A stretch of DNA of 64,000 bases. Source: an uncultured Gemmatimonadaceae bacterium (GTDB taxonomy: Bacteria; Gemmatimonadota; Gemmatimonadetes; Gemmatimonadales; Gemmatimonadaceae). The notes beneath the pieces were generated by a model that saw only the letters and a program-made list of their open reading frames with translations, ran no database searches and had not been told where the DNA came from. Positions 57,176 to 64,000 of this stretch are shown piece by piece. The position numbers and the translations under genes are program-made. The DNA is taken from positions 128,001 to 192,000 of the forward strand of contig CAWHHI010000012.1 in assembly GCA_963829055.1 (NCBI GenBank), written 5' to 3'. How positions within the stretch are numbered: position 1 is the stretch's first letter; the number at the start of each line of letters is the position of its first letter.

Positions 57176-57178
57176 GCG

Positions 57179-58072
57179 CTACAGCGTCGCGTTGACGATG
57201 TCGGAGATCGCGAGAACCAGGTCTGGATCGTCGGTCAGCGGACCGACCAACGCGGCGCGACACGCAGCCGCCGGTGCGATGCCACTCGCGACCAGGCGCG
57301 CCGTCGCAACGAGGAGCCGCGTGCTCGGCGCCTCCGCCAACCCCTGGTCCCGAAGGCGACGCACGCGTTGGCCGATTCTGACGAGAGCGTCGGCGACTTC
57401 CGCGTCGACTCCACTCTCGTGAGCGACGATCGTGGCCTCGACATCGGGCGGAGGAAAGTCGAAGTCGAGCGCCACGAATCGCTGCCGCGTGCTCGGCTTG
57501 AGGTCCTTGATCGCGTGCTGATAGCCCGGGTTGTACGAGATGACGACCTGAAAGCCGCGGGCGGCCTCGATGAGCTCGCCGGTTCGCTCGATAGGCAGCA
57601 ACCGACGATCGTCGGTGAGCGGGTGGATCACGACGACGGTGTCCTGCCGCGCTTCCACGATCTCGTCGAGGTAGCAGATGGCGCCCGTACGCGCGGCAAT
57701 GGTGAGTGGCCCGTCGACCCACACGGTCTCGCCACCGCGAATGAGGTACCGCCCCGTTAGGTCGCTCGCCGAAAGGTCGTCGTGACACGCGATCGTGACG
57801 AGCGGCCGCTGGAGTCGCCAGGCCATGTGCTCGACGAATCGCGTCTTTCCACACCCCGTCGGCCCCTTGAGCATCACAGGGAGTGCGCGCTCGTGACACA
57901 TTGAGAAGATCTCGATCTCGTCGCCCGTCGCTACGTAGTACGGCTCGTCCTCGGCTGGGAGCCGAACGCCATGCTGGACCGCCGAGCGGTCGTCCGTTGA
58001 GGGAGCTCGCACCAGGTCGAATGGAAAGAGGTGGAACGGCAGCGACGAGCCAGTCACCGGTTGCGCGGGCAA
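57179..58072 (-). CDS. CbbQ/NirQ/NorQ family MoxR AAA+ ATPase
   Basis: LKGPTGCGKTRFVE, YLDEIVEARQD, HPLTDDRR, SYNPGYQ and KPSTRQRF motifs. Confidence 0.93.
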   Translation of the reverse strand: MPAQPVTGSSLPFHLFPFDLVRAPSTDDRSAVQHGVRLPAEDEPYYVATGDEIEIFSMCHERALPVMLKGPTGCGKTRFVEHMAWRLQRPLVTIACHDDLSASDLTGRYLIRGGETVWVDGPLTIAARTGAICYLDEIVEARQDTVVVIHPLTDDRRLLPIERTGELIEAARGFQVVISYNPGYQHAIKDLKPSTRQRFVALDFDFPPPDVEATIVAHESGVDAEVADALVRIGQRVRRLRDQGLAEAPSTRLLVATARLVASGIAPAAACRAALVGPLTDDPDLVLAISDIVNATL

Positions 58073-58305
58073 TCTAGACCGATGTCAGTGGACCCGAAAC
58101 GTTGCTTGCACGGCGCGGACCCCGCTCGAACATGTGCAACTGTCCAGCCTGGTCCTCGGCAGGGAACGCGAGCGCTTTCACCTTGGCGCTCCAACCCAGC
58201 TCATGTCCAATAGGGGAAGCGACGTGCTACGTCACGCTTCCCGCTCCGCCGTCAGGGATGCCGTCCTCAGGGGATACGGTCCTCGGCGCGCGACGTCTCG
58301 CGCGC

Positions 58306-59151
58306 CTAACGATAGCACTCCACCATCACGGTCACGCGGCGTCCTATGTCTCCAACATCCGCGTTTCCGAGCCGCGCGTTTGACGGAGCGGTGCGATAGC
58401 GAATCGCGAGGTCGTCGAGAAACGTGCGCGCGATATCCGCCTTCAACGCGAAGTTCACGTTCTGCGGGAGATCGCCTGTCTCCTCTGCCACCACGCGGGC
58501 GTTCAACTTCGTGACGACGATGCCGACCACGTTCCCGCTCGCATCGAATAGCGGCCCGCCGCTGCTGCCTTGCTGGACAGGAGCGCTCATCTGGAGAATC
58601 GCCGGGTCGTTGTGGATGCCTGCCAATGCGCTCACCGATCCGGTTGTCACGCTCGGCTCATCGGCGAGGAGACCCGCCAGTGGAAATCCGACGGCAACGA
58701 TGTCGTCTCCTGGCCGGATCGCAGCGCCAACCCGAAAAGCTGCAACGCCACCGAACGTTGCGTCGGCGCGGATCACGGCCAGATCGTCGTGCGCATGCAG
58801 CGCGACCACCTGCGCCTTGAACCCAGTCGACGAATCGGCACGCACGGACACGCTCTGACAGCCGTTCACGACATGGCGGTTCGTGACGATGTAGCCATCA
58901 GGGGAAACGATGAACCCGGAACCGCTCGCGTCCGGTCCGGCGCGACGGGTGAGACCAACGCTCGGCCCGGCGCGCGATGACGTCGGACGGGGCACCGCGT
59001 CTCGTGGCGGAATTCTCTCGCGACCACAGCGCTCGGAGGCGGCGTCGGCGTGATCACCGAACGACTCGGCGAACGGGCCGGCGCCATCCCGCGGTGTACC
59101 GCGGCCATTGCCACGCACACCACGGCAATACCGACCCTGGTCAGGAAACAT
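58306..59151 (-). CDS. Trypsin-like (S1) serine protease; N-terminus probably frameshifted
   Basis: SGSGF, VTNRHVV, DLAVI and QGSSGGPL motifs. Confidence 0.88.
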   Translation of the reverse strand: MFPDQGRYCRGVRGNGRGTPRDGAGPFAESFGDHADAASERCGRERIPPRDAVPRPTSSRAGPSVGLTRRAGPDASGSGFIVSPDGYIVTNRHVVNGCQSVSVRADSSTGFKAQVVALHAHDDLAVIRADATFGGVAAFRVGAAIRPGDDIVAVGFPLAGLLADEPSVTTGSVSALAGIHNDPAILQMSAPVQQGSSGGPLFDASGNVVGIVVTKLNARVVAEETGDLPQNVNFALKADIARTFLDDLAIRYRTAPSNARLGNADVGDIGRRVTVMVECYR

Positions 59152-59231
59152 TCTCGTCGGCCCCATCCCTCAAGGACGACGGGCTGGGATAGCCGGTTAC
59201 TCAGAGCCACCGATTCCAGCGCACCGGATGC

Positions 59232-59263
59232 GAAAAGCCCCGGCCAGCTGGCCGGGGCTTTTC
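59232..59263. terminator. Intrinsic terminator after the OmpA-family gene
   Basis: Perfect palindrome GAAAAGCCCCGGCCAG|CTGGCCGGGGCTTTTC. Confidence 0.85.
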
Positions 59264-59309
59264 CTAACGAGTGCCTTCCAGATGGAAGCGCGCTAGTCAG
59301 TCCGTGCAG

Positions 59310-59979
59310 TTACTGGGGCAGCGAAGCGGTCGCCGCCGCAGCGGTCGCACCGTTCGTCTCGACGACGAACACAACGCGGCGGTTCGCCTCGGCGCCCGGA
59401 TCTTCCTTCTGCGCCTTGTGCGTTGACCAGGCGGCTCTCGCCGTAACCGACCGTGCGGATGTTGGCCGTGTTCAGCCCCTTCTCGCCGAGGTACGCCGCA
59501 ACCGCATCAGCGCGACGCTTCGACAGATCCATGTTGTAGCGCGTGGAGCCGGCCGGATCGGCGAAGCCTTCGACCGTGATCAACGAGCCAGAGTAGTACT
59601 TGTTCGCAACGTTGGCAAAGCGATCGAGGGCGGCCTTGTCGGCCTCACGAACGCTCGCATCGTCAAACGCAAAGTTCACCGGGAAGGCGAACTTCAGGCC
59701 CTCTTCCATGGCCGTGATCTTCGCGCCGAACTCGGTGCGAAGCGCGGTCAGGTCGTTACGAAGGCTCGTAACATCGGTCTTCACCGTCGCGACTTCTGAC
59801 TTGACGCCAGCAAGGTCGCTGGAAACGGTCGCGATCGAATTGCTCAGGCCGCTATCAGCGGCGATGCGAGCGGCACGCTCATCCCGAACCGACGTGCGGA
59901 CGAAACCCTTCGTCGCGCATGCGCCAAGGACGGTCGAACCCAGGATCACCGCTCCGACTGCACGCAGATTTGCTCTCAT
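59310..59979 (-). CDS. OmpA-family lipoprotein, frameshift near 59415
   Basis: LGAC lipobox; NFAFD, VEGFAD, YNMDLSKRRA, GYGE and NRRV motifs. Confidence 0.88.
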
Positions 59980-60095
59980 ATCGCTGCTCTCCAATTGCAA
60001 AGAGGTCTCGACTCCACCACGACGATTTCACTGAATTGCGAAAACCGTACCGGAGCGTAGCGAACGTCGCACTTGCCTATCTTTCGACGTTACAG

Positions 60096-60195
60096 TGTGA
60101 TGAGCATCACACGAAATACGCGTTCGCCGCACAAAAGTCTCCGTGACGAGCAATTAAACGAAAAGCAACGGCGAAAACCTGAGACGTACATCACA
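60096..60195. promoter_or_regulatory. Two CRP-type boxes upstream of the OmpA-family gene
   Basis: TGTGA-TGAGCA-TCACA (60096-60111) and TGAGA-CGTACA-TCACA (60180-60195). Confidence 0.6.
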
Positions 60196-60213
60196 AACGT
60201 TAAAAAAATTTGA

Positions 60214-61133
60214 CTATGTGGCCGAACGCGCGAGCCATTCGCCGCCGTCTACCACGAGTATCGCGCCCGTAATCCAGCTGGCCGCGGGCGATGCGAGAAA
60301 CACCACCGCATTCGCGATGTCGCGCGGCGTTCCCCAGCGCGCGAGTGGGATCTGTCGCGCACGCTGCTCGATTGCGACGCGGACGCGTTCACTCGCATCG
60401 TGCTGACCCGCATCACTCGTTATGCGCTCGCCGGTACGTGCGCTCGTGCGTTCGTTCGGCGTGCAGCCGGCGGCTCGGCCGCGCCGCCGAAGAGATCCTT
60501 CCCTGCAGGCGGACGGGCGAACGCCTTCAGCACGCCCTCCGTGGGGACCGGGCCGGGCGCTACGGCGTTCACTCGGACGCGGTCGGACGCCCACTCGACG
60601 GCGAGCGTCTTCGTCAGCGCGTCGATGCCGCCCTTGGCCGCGGTCGCGTGCGCCATCTGCGGCCAGCCGCGGTAGTGAAGCGTCATGGAGATGTTGACGA
60701 TGCTGCCGCCACCCGCCGCGCGCATGTGCGGCAGAGCCGCCTGCGAGCAGAAGAACGTCCCGTACAGATCGATCTCGACGACGCTTCGCCACGCGTTAGG
60801 GCTCATCGTCTCGGACGGCACATAGAAGTTGCCGGCGGCGTTGTTGACGAGCAGGTCCAGCCGCCCGCGCTGTCCAACGACCTCCGCCATCGTCGCCTGC
60901 ACGCGCTCCGGATCACGGACATCGAGCGTCGCGATGGACGCCGCACCACCCGACGCCCGGATGCGTTCGGCGGCGGGCTCGAGATGTTCCGTTCGCCGGC
61001 TCGCGAGCACAACGTGCATGCCGAGTGACGCGAGCAGCTCGGCGATCCCGAACCCGATGCCGGTCCCGCCGCCCGTGATGATGCCCGTCTGACCCGCGAG
61101 GAGTCCGTCGCGAAAGATAGGCGCGTCAGGCAC
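60214..61133 (-). CDS. SDR (2,4-dienoyl-CoA reductase-like), with insertion/frameshift near 60400-60480
   Basis: [28 protein letters not shown] and [11 protein letters not shown] motifs. Confidence 0.85.
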
Positions 61134-61161
61134 GGAGCTCTCCGGTGTGAGATGAGTGTCG

Positions 61162-61932
61162 TTAGGCGCCGGTCTCCATCGCCATCACGTCCAGCATCAC
61201 GTGCGCAATGGAATCCGGAGGCGACGCATGAGGCACGAACGCGTCAGCAGGACCGTCGATGACGACCTCGGGCGGCGAATCGAAGTCCAGCGACAGTTGC
61301 TGCCGAATGCGCATGAAACTCTTTCGGTGATGCGGCGTGATGCCGGCGGCGGCCAGCCCCGCCACGTGATCGGGCGTAGCGTAGCCGACGTTCTGCGACC
61401 ATCGATACGACGGATAGCGTTCGCTCAGGCTGTGCATCAGTCGATCACGCGTCACCTTCGCGATGATCGACGCACACGCGATGGAGAAGCATCGCGCATC
61501 GCCGTGAACGACCGCCGTGTGCGGAATGGTCAGCGACCGGATCGCCTTCCCGTCAATGAGCACATGGTCCGGGGGCACGCGGAGGCGGCCGAGCGCCCGC
61601 CGCATGGCGAGCGTACTGGCGTGATAGATGTTGAGACGATCGATCTCGCGTACCGACGCCGCGCCAAGGCCAATTGCAAGCGCGCGCTCGCGTATGAGCT
61701 TCGCGAGCCGGACGCGTTCGGCGGCAGTGAGGGCCTTCGAGTCGTCGACGCCGCGAATGGCTCGCGCGTCGGGCGGCATGATGACGGCACATGCGACGAC
61801 GGGGCCCGCAAGGGGGCCCCGTCCGACCTCATCGACTCCGGCGATGAGTGGGCCGCGTTGCTTCCGCAGTTCCCGCTCTATGTCGCTCCAACGTCGGCGC
61901 GCTGGTCCCGCCGAGCGCCGACGATCCGGCAT
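61162..61932 (-). CDS. rnhB: Ribonuclease HII
   Basis: AGVDEVGRGPLAGPV, DDSK, LIDG and ASIIAKVTRD motifs. Confidence 0.95.
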   Translation of the reverse strand: MPDRRRSAGPARRRWSDIERELRKQRGPLIAGVDEVGRGPLAGPVVACAVIMPPDARAIRGVDDSKALTAAERVRLAKLIRERALAIGLGAASVREIDRLNIYHASTLAMRRALGRLRVPPDHVLIDGKAIRSLTIPHTAVVHGDARCFSIACASIIAKVTRDRLMHSLSERYPSYRWSQNVGYATPDHVAGLAAAGITPHHRKSFMRIRQQLSLDFDSPPEVVIDGPADAFVPHASPPDSIAHVMLDVMAMETGA

Positions 61933-61934
61933 GC

Positions 61935-62321
61935 TCAGGTCTCCGAGGTAGCAGCCTCGGTGACGGGAACGGCGACGCGAACTTTCTTCTCGCGAATTCT
62001 CGTGGCCTTACCCGTGAGGTGACGCAGGTAGTAGAGTTTTGCGCGACGGACGCGCCCGCGCCGGACGACATGGATCTCGGCGAGCATCGGGCTGTGCACC
62101 GGGAAGATGCGCTCGACGCCGACGCTGTTCGAGATCTTGCGGACGGTGAACGTCTCGCTGACGCCGCTGCCGCGTCGCGCAATGCAGACGCCTTCGAACG
62201 CCTGAAGTCGCTCCTTGTCGCCTTCCTTCACCCGCACGTTGACGCGCAACGTGTCACCGGGGCGGAACGGCGGGACGTTGGGACGGAGCCACTCTTTCTG
62301 GGTTTCGATGAACGGATGCAT
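61935..62321 (-). CDS. rplS: 50S ribosomal protein L19
   Basis: [29 protein letters not shown] and RRAKLYYLR motifs. Confidence 0.97.
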   Translation of the reverse strand: MHPFIETQKEWLRPNVPPFRPGDTLRVNVRVKEGDKERLQAFEGVCIARRGSGVSETFTVRKISNSVGVERIFPVHSPMLAEIHVVRRGRVRRAKLYYLRHLTGKATRIREKKVRVAVPVTEAATSET

Positions 62322-62480
62322 ATGACGCTCTGGGCTGAAAGGTCTTGCCCGATAAAGGGTTCGCTTGGCAGACCCACAACTTAAGCGACCAGTATCGTCC
62401 TCGCCAGCCACAGCCCAGGCTTCTCCCGGGTGCTGACGGCGTATTTTGGCGGCACTGAGCCCCGGAGTGGGGTCGGGCTG

Positions 62481-62981
62481 CTACTGGATGGGCCCGCGCA
62501 GTGCGCCTTGCGGCTCACGCGTCGTACGAAGCGAAACGTAGAAGTTCGCGGGATTCGCCCGGAGCTCGTCAAGCAGCGGCGCGCCCACAGGATCGACCAG
62601 CACGCCGGTGCCACGTACCTGGATGTACTTGTCCTTGAGCGACGCGCCATTGAACAGCGTTACGACAGGTGCCCCGGCGCGGCCGGCTCGGTAAATGAGC
62701 GCCGCCGTGAAGTTCTCACCCGAGGGGTTGTAGACATTCAGGTGGTACTCCAATGTGCTGTCCTTCCGCACCTTGAGCTCCACTCGCCCGCGAGCGAACG
62801 AACGGGCGGCCGCTCCTGCCGTCCGACCACCAGTCGGCGCAGTCAGTCCGGATGAGAATACTCGTCGCGCTCCTCCATCCCCCGGAACCGACGCGGTTGG
62901 CGCCGGCATGTTGGCCACGTTGCCGGTCGCTGCATCGAGGCAGCCGGTAAGGGGAATCAGCAGGAGGAGAGCAAGTCGCAT
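62481..62981 (-). CDS. CHRD-domain lipoprotein
   Basis: LTGC lipobox; GAPVVTLF; NPANFYVSLRTTREPQGALRG (His positions substituted). Confidence 0.72.
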   Translation of the reverse strand: MRLALLLLIPLTGCLDAATGNVANMPAPTASVPGDGGARRVFSSGLTAPTGGRTAGAAARSFARGRVELKVRKDSTLEYHLNVYNPSGENFTAALIYRAGRAGAPVVTLFNGASLKDKYIQVRGTGVLVDPVGAPLLDELRANPANFYVSLRTTREPQGALRGPIQ

Positions 62982-63066
62982 TCGGCAGAGGAACGAGTAT
63001 CGGTCGGCGCGGCGTTCTGCCAGGGTACCAAGGTCCTAGGCACGACCCATTCCACCACGTGATGGG

Positions 63067-63768
63067 TTACCAAGAAGTTGCGCTCGCTGCGTCACTCGGC
63101 AAGAGGTCGCAGAATACAAAGCCGTCTCGCTCCACCACGACGCCCCGTTGCGTAGCGATCGAGTGAACGAACATGGGCGCGTCGTACACGAACGTGTGAA
63201 ACTCCCCGCGTTCTCCGCACGGATCGGCCGCGCTCGGCAGGGCATTCAGCAACGCGGCATCGAACTCACTGCCGCAATGCGACACGTCGATCTGACGCGG
63301 ATCGACACACACGAGCACGGCCTTGAATCCGGCGCGGATGAAGTCCGCCGCGAGTTTGCCGGTTGGCTTGCCCCACAACGGAAACAGCGGCCGGAGTCCT
63401 GCCTCGCCGACGACGCGCTCCCGATACGCACGAACGTCCGCGAGGTGGAGATCGCCGAACGCGACGCAGGTAATGCCAGCCGCATGGAGCCGATCGAGCT
63501 CGTCACGGGTGGCCTGCTCGTACTGATCGTTCGTTGCTGCGGCCGGGATGCGAACCGTCCAGAGCGGAATGCCGAGCGCTTCCGCCTGCGCGGTCACCAG
63601 CGCCGTCCGCACGCCGTGCATGCTCACGCGGTCGTAGCCGTCAGTAATCGTCGTCAACAGCCCACGAATGTCGACGGTCGGATCCCGCAGCAAGACGTGC
63701 AGCGCCAGCGCGCTGTCCTTACCACCGCTCCAACTCACGACCGTCGGCTCTCGCACTGCGGAAGTCAT
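63067..63768 (-). CDS. Dph6/MJ0570-like PP-loop ATPase
   Basis: SWSGGKDS, SMHGVR, FGDL and DPCGERGEFHTFV motifs. Confidence 0.88.
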   Translation of the reverse strand: MTSAVREPTVVSWSGGKDSALALHVLLRDPTVDIRGLLTTITDGYDRVSMHGVRTALVTAQAEALGIPLWTVRIPAAATNDQYEQATRDELDRLHAAGITCVAFGDLHLADVRAYRERVVGEAGLRPLFPLWGKPTGKLAADFIRAGFKAVLVCVDPRQIDVSHCGSEFDAALLNALPSAADPCGERGEFHTFVYDAPMFVHSIATQRGVVVERDGFVFCDLLPSDAASATSW

Positions 63769-63788
63769 GCGTGGTTCACGTATCGGTA

Positions 63789-64000
63789 TCAGGCATCGCT
63801 CACGTCGACGGCCGCGCCGTCCTCCCTCGCTCGCGTGAGACGCTCGCCCTGATCCCTGCGCCAGTCAGCGATCCGCTTGTGATCGCCCGAGAGTAGCACG
63901 TCTGGCACGTCGTGTCCGCGAAAGCTCGGCGGTCTCGTGTAGCTCGGCGCGCTCAGGCCACGGTCGTCGAAGAACGAGTCCCCGCGCGCGCTGTCGAGAT
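63789..64000 (-). CDS. trmD: tRNA (guanine37-N1)-methyltransferase, C-terminal part (5' end outside window)
   Basis: DSF...YTRP...[17 protein letters not shown]. Confidence 0.92.
   Translation of the reverse strand, partial: LDSARGDSFFDDRGLSAPSYTRPPSFRGHDVPDVLLSGDHKRIADWRRDQGERLTRAREDGAAVDVSDA

Overview
High-GC diderm bacterial chromosome segment. The gene repertoire suggests Gemmatimonadota, which is my inference and not a database result. It is mostly housekeeping: ftsEX-envC, nfo, rpiB, maeB, pckA, uvrA, purEK, uppS, holB, moaC, rnhB, rplS, partial trmD, tRNA-Asn(GTT) and tRNA-Lys(TTT). It also has signalling genes (Ser/Thr kinase, PP2C, triple-FHA protein, GAF/PAS histidine kinase, STAND-LuxR) and an orphan NorQ/NorD-type pair. 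Many genes in the first ~25 kb carry single-base frameshifts that look like long-read consensus errors, so their coordinates are reconstructed across frames. The most interesting signals are: (1) a DUF2946/CruR-like leader ORF (membrane anchor, CxxC, terminal RAPP ribosome-arrest motif) in front of an outer-membrane barrel plus Zn/Mn-type ABC uptake operon, i.e. a candidate metal-sensing arrest-peptide switch; (2) a non-palindromic hexamer GTTAGG/CCTAAC repeated about once per kb on both strands, inside genes and at stop codons; (3) heptamer-repeat hairpin elements inside coding sequences; (4) a leaderless promoter with a palindromic operator for a membrane protein-HTH-uppS operon; (5) an unassigned rod-shaped RNA candidate upstream of an MltD-like gene. 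I saw no CRISPR array, rRNA or intact mobile element.
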